Positions 41,077 to 49,958 of a stretch of 64,000 bases of DNA are shown here, in pieces. How positions within the stretch are numbered: position 1 is the first letter of the stretch; every line of letters starts with the position of its first letter. The notes beneath the pieces are model-generated. The model was not told where the DNA came from and made no database searches. It saw only the letters and a program-made list of their open reading frames with translations. Origin of the DNA: an uncultured Acidobacteriota bacterium (GTDB taxonomy: Bacteria; Acidobacteriota; Thermoanaerobaculia; UBA5066; Gp7-AA6); NCBI GenBank assembly GCA_963764715.1, contig CAVXTP010000014.1, positions 32,001 to 96,000 on the forward strand, read 5' to 3'. The translations under genes and the position numbers were made by a program.

Positions 41077-41763
41077 GTGGCGACCGTCGTCCTCGACATC
41101 GAAACCGCCGGTCAGCCCTGGGACTCGCTCGACGACGCGCAGCGCACGTACCTCGCGAAGAACGCGCGCTCGGACGAAGAGCGCGAGAAGCTGCCCGAGA
41201 CGCTTTCGCTGTGGCCCCTGACCGGAAAGATCATCGTGGTCGCAATGCTCAATCCCGAGAGCGGCCGCGGCCGGATCTGGTACGAGAAGACCGACGGGCG
41301 CTCCGAGGAGACCTCCACCGACCGGCGCTTCACCTTCGTCGGCGACGAGGAGCCGGTCTTCCTCGCCGAGTTCTGGAAGGCGATGCGCCGCTTCCAGCGC
41401 TTCGTGACCTTCAACGGCCGCGGCTTCGACGGCCCGTTCCTGATGCTCCGCAGCGCCGCCCTCGGCGTGCCGGCGACCCGCAACCTCGTCGGCTACCGCT
41501 ACTCCCTCAAGCCCCACACCGACCTGCTCGAGGCGATCACCTTCTTCGGCGCCTCCCGCAAGTGGAACCTCGACTTCGCCTGCAAGGCGTTCGGGGTGGA
41601 AAGCCCGAAGGAGCAGGGAATGGACGGATTCTCGGTGGGACCGTATTATCGGGCGGGGAGGCTGCGCGAGATCGCGAACTACTGCCGTCGGGACGTCGAG
41701 GCCACGGCCGGGCTCTACCGGAAGCTCGAGAAGACGCTGCTCCCGGCCCTCGATATCCGCTGA
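41077..41763 (+). CDS. 3'-5' exonuclease, PolB-like (RNase H fold)
   Basis: VLDIET, TFNGRGFDGPFL, HTDL, YCRRDV (DEDDy). Confidence 0.9.
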   Translation: MATVVLDIETAGQPWDSLDDAQRTYLAKNARSDEEREKLPETLSLWPLTGKIIVVAMLNPESGRGRIWYEKTDGRSEETSTDRRFTFVGDEEPVFLAEFWKAMRRFQRFVTFNGRGFDGPFLMLRSAALGVPATRNLVGYRYSLKPHTDLLEAITFFGASRKWNLDFACKAFGVESPKEQGMDGFSVGPYYRAGRLREIANYCRRDVEATAGLYRKLEKTLLPALDIR

Positions 41764-41804
41764 AAGTGCTGTGCTACGATGACGACCCCAAAACCGAACT
41801 CAAC

Positions 41805-42170
41805 ATGCGGAAGGATCCGAGTCAGCGCTCTATGACTCGAAAACCGGCGAACGAGAGATCTTCCGAGCGCGTCCGCATCGGCGCGCCCGCGACGCTCAAG
41901 TGGGGTGAGCAGGAGCTGACCGGTTTCGTCGAAGTCGTGAATACGAACGGGATGTTCGTGGCGACTCCGAAGGCGCCCGAGATCGGCGACTACGTCGAGC
42001 TCGTGTTCTCGCTGCCGGGAGATCGCCGGAGCTTCCGGGTCCGCGGCAACGTCGTCTTCCTCGACCAGACGCCCCCGACGGGCGCACGGCGCCCCGGCTT
42101 CGGCGCCCGCTTCGAACGGCCGCCCGTCACCCTCCTCGACGCGATCCGCAACCTTCACCGCGAACACTGA
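41805..42170 (+). CDS. PilZ domain protein
   Basis: ERSSERV (RxxxR), NTNGMFV, VRGNVV, GFGARF. Confidence 0.8.
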   Translation: MRKDPSQRSMTRKPANERSSERVRIGAPATLKWGEQELTGFVEVVNTNGMFVATPKAPEIGDYVELVFSLPGDRRSFRVRGNVVFLDQTPPTGARRPGFGARFERPPVTLLDAIRNLHREH

Positions 42171-42179
42171 ACCGGCAAA

Positions 42180-42204
42180 GGGCGGGGACAAGCCCCGCCC
42201 CTAC
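42180..42204 (-). repeat. GTAG-family REP element
   Basis: Reverse complement is GTAG-GGGCGGGG-CTTGT-CCCCGCCC, identical to the 36105 copy. Confidence 0.85.
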
Positions 42205-42237
42205 GTACCGGAGCCCCGTTAGAACACCCCTCAGCAA

Positions 42238-42427
42238 CATCCGTTCGCGGCGCGGGAAGTCTCCCGACCGAAGGGAGGGAGGAGGCCCGCGCCGCGGGAG
42301 CGAAGCGCGAAGCGCAGGGTCAGGCCCGCGGTCGAGCGCCGTCCGCGAGCCGCGGGCCGGTGCGACGCCGCGGCGAGCGAAGCGAGCCGCCGGCGGCGCA
42401 GACCCGAAGCGCAGCGCGGAGCGACGG
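42238..42427 (+). repeat. Dispersed structured element, copy 2
   Basis: Same conserved blocks as 1998-2165; ends GCGACGG directly against the stop codon at 42428. Confidence 0.85.
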
Positions 42428-42910
42428 CTAGTCCGGTTTCGCCTGCGTCAGCGTCAGCGTGCTGTAGGAGAACTCGATCGTGGCGGTGACCTCGGTCAGG
42501 GAGCCGGTGCCGGCGGACGAGAACGTGGCCGGCTGGACGTTGGTCAGCTCCCATCGCGCCAGGATCACCTGCTGGTTGTCGCGGGCCACGATCGAGGCAT
42601 TCTTCGAAACCGGATTGTCGTTGGACGTCGCGTCGTTCAGCCAACCCATGAGACGGTTGAGCCCCTTCTGGGTCACGGTGATCGCGAGGCGCCGCTGGTC
42701 CGGCGAGTACGCCGTGTTGAGCTGGCGCGAGTCGGTCTTCAGCTGGGGGTCGTGATTGAACTCGATCCGGTAGCCGATCACTCCCTGGACCTGCGCCCCG
42801 TCGACGATGAACTGAAAGCTGTTCTCGCGCGGATCGCCCCCCGTCTGGGCGGAGAGCAGGGCCGGCGACAGCATCGCCATCGCGAGCAACAGGTGACGAA
42901 ATCGAAGCAT
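42428..42910 (-). CDS. Secreted protein resembling a phage/CIS tail-tube (gp19-like) protein
   Basis: Sec signal (LLSA|Q); FQFIVDG...LMGWL...KNASIVARDNQQVILARWELTNVQP pattern; GGAGG RBS. Confidence 0.6.
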   Translation of the reverse strand: MLRFRHLLLAMAMLSPALLSAQTGGDPRENSFQFIVDGAQVQGVIGYRIEFNHDPQLKTDSRQLNTAYSPDQRRLAITVTQKGLNRLMGWLNDATSNDNPVSKNASIVARDNQQVILARWELTNVQPATFSSAGTGSLTEVTATIEFSYSTLTLTQAKPD

Positions 42911-43077
42911 CGTGCCTCCAAAAAATGAGGCCCCAGCCTAGCATGGGGCCGGCGGATTCGCGGGAGACCCGGACGCAGGAACTACGGAGCTCGGGGCGAG
43001 CTCGTCGCTCGTTCCCGGAACGCGGACGGCGAGGGCCCGTTCGTCGTTTGCCGGTAGAATCGCCGGGGAGGGACAGC

Positions 43078-43632
43078 GTGACGCCCGACGACATCGCCCC
43101 CGAGTTCCGCTCCCAACCCAAGGACTACGCGAAGGCGGCCCCGATCGACGGGGTCCGGACGCTCCGCCTCACCCGCTTCACCGACGACCGCGGATTCTTC
43201 CTCGAGATCTTCCGTTCGAAAGCGAACCATCCCGGCAGCCGCGAGCTCGCGGAGTTCTTCGCCGGCGTGCCGGTCGCCCAGATGAACTACTCGATCGTCG
43301 ACGCCGAAGGCCACATCAAGGGGCTTCACTACCACCTCAAGCAGGACGACATCTGGTTCGTGCCGCCCCCGTCGAAGGCCAAGTTCGTGCTCTTCGACGT
43401 CCGCGAGCGCTCGTCCACGTTCGGAAAGACCCAGGTCATCGTGGCCGGCGGCGGGCAGGACGTCCTGGTCCGAATTCCCGCCGGCGTGGCCCACGGCTAC
43501 CGTCCGCTGACGAACCCGTGCGCTCTCCTCTACTTCGTGACGGAGACCTTCGACCCGGCGGCGCCGGACGAGCTGCGGATCCCCTGGGACCACCCGGCCG
43601 TCAAGGACCTCTGGGCGGTCCCGAACGGATAA
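43078..43632 (+). CDS. dTDP-4-dehydrorhamnose 3,5-epimerase family (RmlC-like cupin)
   Basis: DDRGFFLE, QMNYS, GLHYH, DVRERSSTFG, IPAGVAHGY, IPWDHP. Confidence 0.9.
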   Translation: MTPDDIAPEFRSQPKDYAKAAPIDGVRTLRLTRFTDDRGFFLEIFRSKANHPGSRELAEFFAGVPVAQMNYSIVDAEGHIKGLHYHLKQDDIWFVPPPSKAKFVLFDVRERSSTFGKTQVIVAGGGQDVLVRIPAGVAHGYRPLTNPCALLYFVTETFDPAAPDELRIPWDHPAVKDLWAVPNG

Positions 43633-43633
43633 A

Positions 43634-43788
43634 CCGTCGCTCGCGCTTCGCTCGGGGTCTCGCTGCGCGACCGGTGGGCGGCTCGCCAAATGGGGCTCGA
43701 CCGCCCACCTGACCCCTCGCTTCGCGCTCGCTCCCGCGGCGCGGACCTCCTCCCTCCCTTCGGTCGGGAGACTATCCGCGCCGCGAGC
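43634..43788 (-). repeat. Dispersed structured element, copy 4
   Basis: Reverse complement matches copies 1-3; starts 1 nt after the TAA at 43630-43632. Confidence 0.85.
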
Positions 43789-43818
43789 TTGAGGGACTTC
43801 TCCTCTCGACGAGGTTCG

Positions 43819-44319
43819 TCAGGCTGAGGTGCTCGCCGCGAGCTTTTCCATCGCGTCTTCCGGGAGCGTGTAGCGCACCCAGTCGGGCTGGGGACCCGCG
43901 CCGATGCGGCGGTAGAAGCGCATCGCGTTCACGTTCCAGTCGAGGACGGCCCAGTCGATCCGGAGGACCTTGCGGCGCACTCCCTCGCGGGCGAGCGCGA
44001 CCATGAGCGCCTCCCCCACGCCGCCGGAGCGGTCGGTCTGCGCGACCACGAGGTCCTCGAGGAACAGGAAGGGCCGGGCGCGGAACGAGGAGCCGAGGCC
44101 CTCCCAGAAGATCGCCATGCCTTCGATCCGCCCGCCGCGCTCGGCGACGAGGGCCTCGATCTTCTTCTCGTCGAAAATCATCGCGCCGAGCCGGGCCGCC
44201 TCGGCGTCGTCGGGCAGAGGCAGCTTCTCGAACGCCGCGAGCTCGCGGTCGAGCTCGACCATGCGCGGCCAGTCCTCCCGGCGCGCGGGCCGGACCGAAA
44301 CCGGGTCCGGCGAGGTCAC
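43819..44319 (-). CDS. GNAT N-acetyltransferase (SSAT-like)
   Basis: ELAAFEKL, FLEDLVV, RSGGVGEALM, WAVLDWNVNAMRFY. Confidence 0.92.
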   Translation of the reverse strand: MTSPDPVSVRPARREDWPRMVELDRELAAFEKLPLPDDAEAARLGAMIFDEKKIEALVAERGGRIEGMAIFWEGLGSSFRARPFLFLEDLVVAQTDRSGGVGEALMVALAREGVRRKVLRIDWAVLDWNVNAMRFYRRIGAGPQPDWVRYTLPEDAMEKLAASTSA

Positions 44320-44843
44320 TTCGCCGCCGCGACCTGGGCGAAGTCGACGTACGAAAGGAGCTTCAACGCCGCGTCCCGGTCGATGTTCGCTCCCTGGGCG
44401 AGCACCAGGCGCGAGGGCAGCACCACGACCGTGACGAGCGTCGTCGGGTTGCCGCTCGAGCGGTCGGTCACGGCGAACGCCTTCTTGCCGGCGATCGTCG
44501 TCTCCTTCGTCTCGACGCTGCCGACCTTGGCGGACTCCGCGACGGCCTTCCGGATCTCGGGCTCGAGGTCCTTCTCCTTGCCGTAGTCCTGGACGACCAG
44601 GCGGAACTGCCGCGTCACGGTCGGCCCCTCGATGCGCTGGTAGAAGCGCGAAACCTCGGTGAAGACCCCCATGTCGTTCTCGTCGGTGTCGGGCAGAGGG
44701 TCGCGGGGCGCCGCCTCCCAGCCCGGGATCTGGGCCGGCAGTCCGTTGCGAAGCGATCCCGGCCAGGCCGTCGGCGCCTTCTCCTGCGCCGCGAGCGCCG
44801 AGGCGAGCGCGAGGCCGAGGACGGCGGCGGAAAGCGTGCGCAT
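44316..44843 (-). CDS. Hypothetical secreted protein
   Basis: MRTLSAAVLG signal peptide; stop overlaps the GNAT start. Confidence 0.7.
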   Translation of the reverse strand: MRTLSAAVLGLALASALAAQEKAPTAWPGSLRNGLPAQIPGWEAAPRDPLPDTDENDMGVFTEVSRFYQRIEGPTVTRQFRLVVQDYGKEKDLEPEIRKAVAESAKVGSVETKETTIAGKKAFAVTDRSSGNPTTLVTVVVLPSRLVLAQGANIDRDAALKLLSYVDFAQVAAAK

Positions 44844-44897
44844 TGCGAAAAGGATAGCGCAATCGTTGTTAAACTCGGGAGAGTCGCCGTCAACTCC

Positions 44898-46418
44898 ATG
44901 GACGAGCTCGAGCGCGCGCGCATTCGCGTGTATCGCAACGACCCTGCCGGGCGGGGCGAGCGGCTCGTCGCCACCGATCCCCCGCGCTTCGTGGACGAAG
45001 GCGCATGGGCTTTCCGCGTCGAGGGACGCGCTCCGGACCCGAAGCCTTACCCTCCCGACACCGCCGAGTTTCTCCACTGGCAGCTCTCTTCGGCTCTCGA
45101 GCGCGGCAAGCGGCTGTGGCAGGGGCTCCGGCCGGGCGGCCGCTGGGTGCCGGGCGCGGTGCTTCCGGCAGTTCCGGCCGCGGGCGACGACCTCAACGCC
45201 TACTACGACCGCCGCGCGCTGCGCTTCTTCCGCACCCGGGACGCGCGGACCGGCGCCGTCGTCCAGTCGGGCGACAGCGTCGACGTCGCCGCGCACGAGC
45301 AGGGGCATGCGGTCCTCGACGCGCTGCGGCCGGACCTCTGGGACGCGCCGCACTTCGAGGTCGCCGCGTTCCACGAGGCCTTCGGCGACCTCGCCGCGAT
45401 CTTCGTGGCCCTCGCCGAGCCACCGCTCGCCTCGCGCGTCGTCGAGGAGACCGGCGGCGACCCGGCGCGCTCGAATCTCGTCTCGCGACTGGCCGAGGAG
45501 CTCGGCGGCGCGGTGCGCGACCGCTACGGCGAGGACGCGGCGATGCCCCGGTCGCTCCGCGACGCGGCCAACGACTTCCGCTACGCCGACCCGAAGACGC
45601 TGCCCGACGCGGCGCCGGCGTCCGAGCTTTCGGCCGAGCCCCATTCCTTCTGCAACGTGATGACGGGCGCCGGCTGGGACCTCCTCGTCGCGCTCTTCCG
45701 CGCCGAGCCGGAACGCGACCGCGTCGGGGCCCTGCGCAACGCGGCCGCCGCGCTCGCCCGGCTCGCCGTCGCGGCGGCGGAGGCGGCGCCCTCCGGCGCC
45801 GACTTCTTCGGCCGCGTGGCGCGCCGCCTCGTCCGCTCGGCGCGGGACGCCGGTGACGCCTCCGCCCCGGAGCTCGCGCGAGCGCTCGTGGCGCGCGGGC
45901 TCCTGTCGACCTCCGACGTCGGCGACGAGCTCGCGCCGGACGCGGACCGCGCCCTCTTCCTTCCGGACGACGGCGGGCCGATGCCGCCGCCGCTTCGCGC
46001 GGCGATCGAAGCGAGGCTGCCTCCGGCGCGGGGCGGCGAGATCGTCACCCTCGCGTCCCGGGGCCCGGAACGCCCGCCCCTTCTTCGCGGGCGACGCCGC
46101 CGCGACCTCGTGCTGCGCGGCAGCGAGTTCGGCCCCGCCGACGGCGCCGCCGTCGAGCTGTCGGATTCCTTCGCCCTGGCGTTCGAAGGCTCCGGCGTGC
46201 TGCGCGCGTCGCGCTTTCATCCGGCGTCCGACCGCGATGCCGACGACGCTCGCGCCTTCGTGCGGTTCCTCGCGCGCCGACGCGCGATCGCCGACGAGAC
46301 CGAGGGCCGCGCCGCGACCCGGCGGCTCGCAAGCGAGGGGAAGTCCCACGCCGTGGTCCGGGAAGAAGACGGGATCCGCCGCCTGCGTCGCGTGTGGATC
46401 GCGAAGGAGGAACGATGA
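44898..46418 (+). CDS. M4/M36 (thermolysin/fungalysin-like) zinc metallopeptidase, no signal peptide
   Basis: LNAYY, VAAHEQGHAV (HExxH), FHEAFGD (ExxxD), EPH. Confidence 0.85.
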   Translation: MDELERARIRVYRNDPAGRGERLVATDPPRFVDEGAWAFRVEGRAPDPKPYPPDTAEFLHWQLSSALERGKRLWQGLRPGGRWVPGAVLPAVPAAGDDLNAYYDRRALRFFRTRDARTGAVVQSGDSVDVAAHEQGHAVLDALRPDLWDAPHFEVAAFHEAFGDLAAIFVALAEPPLASRVVEETGGDPARSNLVSRLAEELGGAVRDRYGEDAAMPRSLRDAANDFRYADPKTLPDAAPASELSAEPHSFCNVMTGAGWDLLVALFRAEPERDRVGALRNAAAALARLAVAAAEAAPSGADFFGRVARRLVRSARDAGDASAPELARALVARGLLSTSDVGDELAPDADRALFLPDDGGPMPPPLRAAIEARLPPARGGEIVTLASRGPERPPLLRGRRRRDLVLRGSEFGPADGAAVELSDSFALAFEGSGVLRASRFHPASDRDADDARAFVRFLARRRAIADETEGRAATRRLASEGKSHAVVREEDGIRRLRRVWIAKEER

Positions 46419-47020
46419 GGATGAGGAAGCAACTGCTCGCCGCGGCCGCCGTCCTGGCGTCCGCGCGCTGCGCGTCGGCGCCGACCGCCGCGACCGCTCC
46501 GGCGCCCGAGCCCGTGACGCCGGCCGACTTCGTCGCGTCGATCGCCGACGTCGCCGCCGGCCGCAACGCCGCCATGGCCGAGGCCGGCCTCGTGCTGGCG
46601 AAGGTCGAGTTCCGCCTCGCCGTCGGCACCGAGACGAAAGGCGGCGGGAAGATCGAGGTCCTGGTGCTCGACGCCGAGGCGGCCCGGCGAACCGAGACGT
46701 CCTTCCTCCAGGAGCTCACGCTCGAGATCCCGGCGTCCGGACGGCGTGGCGCGGCGCCGCGGCCGCTCGTTCCGGGCGTGCGCGAGTTCGTCGAGGCCGC
46801 GATGAACACGGCGCGGGACCTCGCGCGGGCGACGGCGGAGGCCGGCCTGCCTCAGCGCCTGCGGTCGGTCGAGCTGACGGCGAAGATCACGCGGTCGCGC
46901 ACGCTCTCGGGCGGAATCGCCGCGACGATCCCGGCCTGGGTCAAGCCCTCGGTCGGCGCCGAGCTCGGGCGGACCGCCGAGGAGGAGAACACGGTCCGGA
47001 TGGTCTTCGAGGCGCGCTGA
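46415..47020 (+). CDS. Lipoprotein-like protein with two Trypco2-like domains
   Basis: ATGA overlap with the peptidase stop; signal ending in Cys; two repeats of helix + VE(F/L)xxx...GGx(K/I)...(L/V)xL strand pattern. Confidence 0.6.
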   Translation: MRMRKQLLAAAAVLASARCASAPTAATAPAPEPVTPADFVASIADVAAGRNAAMAEAGLVLAKVEFRLAVGTETKGGGKIEVLVLDAEAARRTETSFLQELTLEIPASGRRGAAPRPLVPGVREFVEAAMNTARDLARATAEAGLPQRLRSVELTAKITRSRTLSGGIAATIPAWVKPSVGAELGRTAEEENTVRMVFEAR

Positions 47021-47038
47021 CGCGGCCGCTCCCGGGCC

Positions 47039-47075
47039 AAAAAAAAGCGGCCCCTTGCGGGACCGCTTCTTTCTC
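47039..47075. terminator. Bidirectional intrinsic terminator
   Basis: A8-GCGG..loop..CCGC-TTCTTT between convergent genes. Confidence 0.75.
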
Positions 47076-47092
47076 TCCCCGGGAGAAACGAA

Positions 47093-47392
47093 CTACTTCT
47101 TCACTCCGAGGATGGCGTCCTTCGCCTTCTTCGAAACGCGGAACTTCACCACCCGCTTGGCAGGAATCTTGATCTCTTCGCCCGTGGCCGGGTTGCGGCC
47201 CATGCGCGCCTTCCGATTCACGAGAACGAGCTTGCCGACGCCGGGGATCGTGAAGCTGTTCTTCGCTTCCTTGTAGGCGAGCGCCGTCAGGTCGTCGAGG
47301 AACTGCGTCGCAACCCGCTTCGTGGTGCCCGTGGACTTGGAAAGATGATCGGCGATGGAGGACTTCGAAAGCGCCTTGGAGTCTTTGGCCAT
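47093..47392 (-). CDS. HU family DNA-binding protein
   Basis: IPGVGKL...RKARMGRNPATGEEIKIPAKRVVKFRVSK; true start MAKDSK at 47392. Confidence 0.96.
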   Translation of the reverse strand: MAKDSKALSKSSIADHLSKSTGTTKRVATQFLDDLTALAYKEAKNSFTIPGVGKLVLVNRKARMGRNPATGEEIKIPAKRVVKFRVSKKAKDAILGVKK

Positions 47393-47566
47393 ATGCACTA
47401 CCCCTTTTCTCTGTGGAATCGCCCCTTCGGGGCGTATCAAACTGGGGCCGTATTCTAGTCCCCCCGGCGCGACGTGAAGCAAGAAAAATTCGCGCCCGCC
47501 TGCGAAAAACCATTGGCCGACTCTTTCGCCGCATCGCGCGCCGGACGATGTAAGATCCGGCGTCCG

Positions 47567-49024
47567 ATGATTCGCGCCCTCGATCGGGACCCCGGAACCG
47601 TCGGCCGCGGACGATCGGAAACACGACGAGCGATCGCGACGGCCGCCGTCTGCCTCGCGCTCCTCGGCACATCCGGATGCGAAGGCGGCTCCGCCGCGAT
47701 AGGCGGGCGCATCCTCGAGCGTTACCGCAAGGTCTCCGGGGCCAAGCCTTTGCCGGCCGGCGGGATGATCCGGATCCGCCTCGCCCGTCCGGCCGGCGAG
47801 CCGGGCGAGCCCGGCCGCGAAGAGGTGCTCTGGGAGCCGTTTCGGTATCGCGACACGGTGTCGTCGGCCGGGCTGACGACGGTCCTGGGGATCGAGTCGG
47901 CACGCGCGTTCTTCGTCGACGGCGACGGCGTCACGCGCGTCGCCTCCGAGCCGGTGCTCCGCGACCTGCTGACCCGCTCCTATTTCTGGCGGCGCGCCTG
48001 GCTGTTCCGCGATCGGGAGAAGGCGCTCCTGCACCTCGGGCCGGCGGAGGCCGACGCGGTCTCGATCCGGCTCGAGGTCCTCGGCGGAAACACCCTGACC
48101 CTGTCGTTCTCGGGAAAGGACGGACGGCTCCTTTCGGCCCGCGCTCCCCGCTTCCACCTCGAGTTCCAGTCCCCGGAGCGGTTCCGCGACCTCTCCGACC
48201 CAAAGCGCCCGTTCGAGGGCGAGATCGCCTGGACGGGCCTGCCGACCGGCCGCATGCCGAGCCCCGAGGTCGGCGGGGGGCGGGCGCGGTTCGCGCAGCC
48301 GTCGTCGCAACTCCCCTACGTGCGCGCCGGCGGGGCCCTCGTGGTGGATGCCCGCATCTCCGGCGTCCCGGTCCGTCTCGCGATCGACGCCGCCGCCGAC
48401 GGGCCGATCGTCCTGTCCCCCGCCCTCGCGGCGCGACTCCCCCTGAAGTTCACGACCGACGTGTTCGGACGGCGGCTCGCCCCCGGGGCGACGCTCGAGG
48501 CCGGGGCGGCCTCGTGGCCCTCCCTCTTCGCGCAGGTCGACGACTCGGTGCCGTCCGGCGCCGACGCCGTGGCCGGGGCCTGCCTGTTCCGCGAGACGGT
48601 CGTCGAGCTCGATCCCGTCGCGCGCCGCCTCGGGCTCCACGACCCGGCGGCCTGGGTGGCGCCGGACGGCTTCGTCCGGATCGTGATCGACGACGACAAC
48701 GACCGCCCCGTCGCCACGCTCCGGAACGGCTCCGAGGACTTGCGGCTGACGGCCCCGAGCGACGCCGGCGGCGCGGCCATCGAGCTTTCGGCGGCGAGCG
48801 CCGCGCGGACTGGGCTCGCGGGGGCCCCCGAGGCGGCGGGGCTCAAGTGGGGACCGCTCCGTCTCCCGGCCCTGCGCCTCGCCACCTCGTCTCGCGCGTT
48901 CGCCCCCGACTGGGGCGACGACGGGCGCCTCGGGTTCCCGATCTTCGAGCGCTGCCACGCCTTCATCGACATGCCCCAGCGCTGGTCGTACCTGAAGCCG
49001 TTGGATGAGGCGACCGCTCCTTAG
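47567..49024 (+). CDS. Hypothetical lipoprotein with degenerate retropepsin-like (aspartyl protease) domains
   Basis: LLGTSGC lipobox; LVVDARISG...RLAIDAAA, C-terminal DGRLGFPIF...FIDMP; catalytic DTG is absent. Start uncertain. Confidence 0.6.
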   Translation: MIRALDRDPGTVGRGRSETRRAIATAAVCLALLGTSGCEGGSAAIGGRILERYRKVSGAKPLPAGGMIRIRLARPAGEPGEPGREEVLWEPFRYRDTVSSAGLTTVLGIESARAFFVDGDGVTRVASEPVLRDLLTRSYFWRRAWLFRDREKALLHLGPAEADAVSIRLEVLGGNTLTLSFSGKDGRLLSARAPRFHLEFQSPERFRDLSDPKRPFEGEIAWTGLPTGRMPSPEVGGGRARFAQPSSQLPYVRAGGALVVDARISGVPVRLAIDAAADGPIVLSPALAARLPLKFTTDVFGRRLAPGATLEAGAASWPSLFAQVDDSVPSGADAVAGACLFRETVVELDPVARRLGLHDPAAWVAPDGFVRIVIDDDNDRPVATLRNGSEDLRLTAPSDAGGAAIELSAASAARTGLAGAPEAAGLKWGPLRLPALRLATSSRAFAPDWGDDGRLGFPIFERCHAFIDMPQRWSYLKPLDEATAP

Positions 49025-49039
49025 CGCGTCCTTCCGAAA

Positions 49040-49202
49040 CATCCGTTCGCGGCGCGAATAGTCTCCCGACCGGAGGGAGGGAGGAGGTTCGCGCCGCGGG
49101 AGCGAGAGTGCGGCGAGGGACCAGGGGCGCGGTCGAGCCCACAGGCGAGCCGCGACCCGGTGCGCCCGCAGGGCGCAGGTCCCGCGCAAGCTCGAGCGAC
49201 GG
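49040..49202 (+). repeat. Dispersed structured element, copy 3
   Basis: Same conserved blocks; ends GCGACGG directly against the stop at 49203. Confidence 0.85.
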
Positions 49203-49436
49203 TTACAGGGCGCGCTCTTGCCGCGGCTCGAACGCGATCTCGGCGTCGCAGCGCCCGCAGAGAACCTTGTCCAGTCCCTCGAGCCAGCGGGCCGCCAGGC
49301 GAAGCTCGCTCGCGCAGCCGGGGCACTCCATCCGAACGTACTCGTCGGCGGAGGTTCCGTTCTTGTCGGGGGCGCCGCGGCGCGCCAGGCCTCCGCGCCG
49401 CGCGGGGTCAAAAGGGACAACGTTGGGTTGGCTCAC
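49203..49436 (-). CDS. Small Zn-ribbon protein
   Basis: CPGC...CGRC; AGGAGG RBS; start overlaps the upstream stop. Confidence 0.7.
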   Translation of the reverse strand: MSQPNVVPFDPARRGGLARRGAPDKNGTSADEYVRMECPGCASELRLAARWLEGLDKVLCGRCDAEIAFEPRQERAL

Positions 49437-49753
49437 CGTCGTTCCTCCTGTCCGAAATGCCGTTGGGCTTCCGCCACGGCAGAAGCATCCGGGTCCGCCA
49501 GGGTCAGGCGCGTCCGTCCCGGGCCCCGCGACTTGCGGACCGCGAGCAGGACGACGCCGAAGAAGAAGAGCACGCCCCCGGTCGAGAGCAGGCTCGCGAT
49601 CGCGGCCCGCACGGGCCGGGGAGCTTCGCGCAGGTCACGCCCGCCGGCACCGACGACGACCCCGCCGAGAAAGAGGCACAGCACCGAAACGAGCAGGAGG
49701 GTCCGCGGGCGGTCGTCCGAGCGGCGCGCGGGCTGCGACCACACGAGCCTCAT
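49433..49753 (-). CDS. Small 2-TM membrane protein
   Basis: Two hydrophobic segments; coupled to the Zn-ribbon gene. Confidence 0.6.
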   Translation of the reverse strand: MRLVWSQPARRSDDRPRTLLLVSVLCLFLGGVVVGAGGRDLREAPRPVRAAIASLLSTGGVLFFFGVVLLAVRKSRGPGRTRLTLADPDASAVAEAQRHFGQEERR

Positions 49754-49958
49754 GCCGTCACCGAAAGCGTCCGGGACGCGGCTGGCCGGGATGGCCGCCG
49801 CGAAGCTGCGTCGCGAGCGAGGTCGAGTGCCAATCGGCCCTCCGCAGCGTCCGGGGGCGAAGAATGGCTCTTCGTCCCCTATTTCAACGATTCGATTCTA
49901 CCCGTCGGGCGGCGCACCGGCAATGGAATTATGCTTGCGCCCCGTCGAAAGGAACTTC

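Noticed and set aside
42428-42910. Prophage or contractile injection system locus
   Set aside because: No sheath, baseplate, spike, capsid or terminase genes are nearby; the tube-like gene is solitary.
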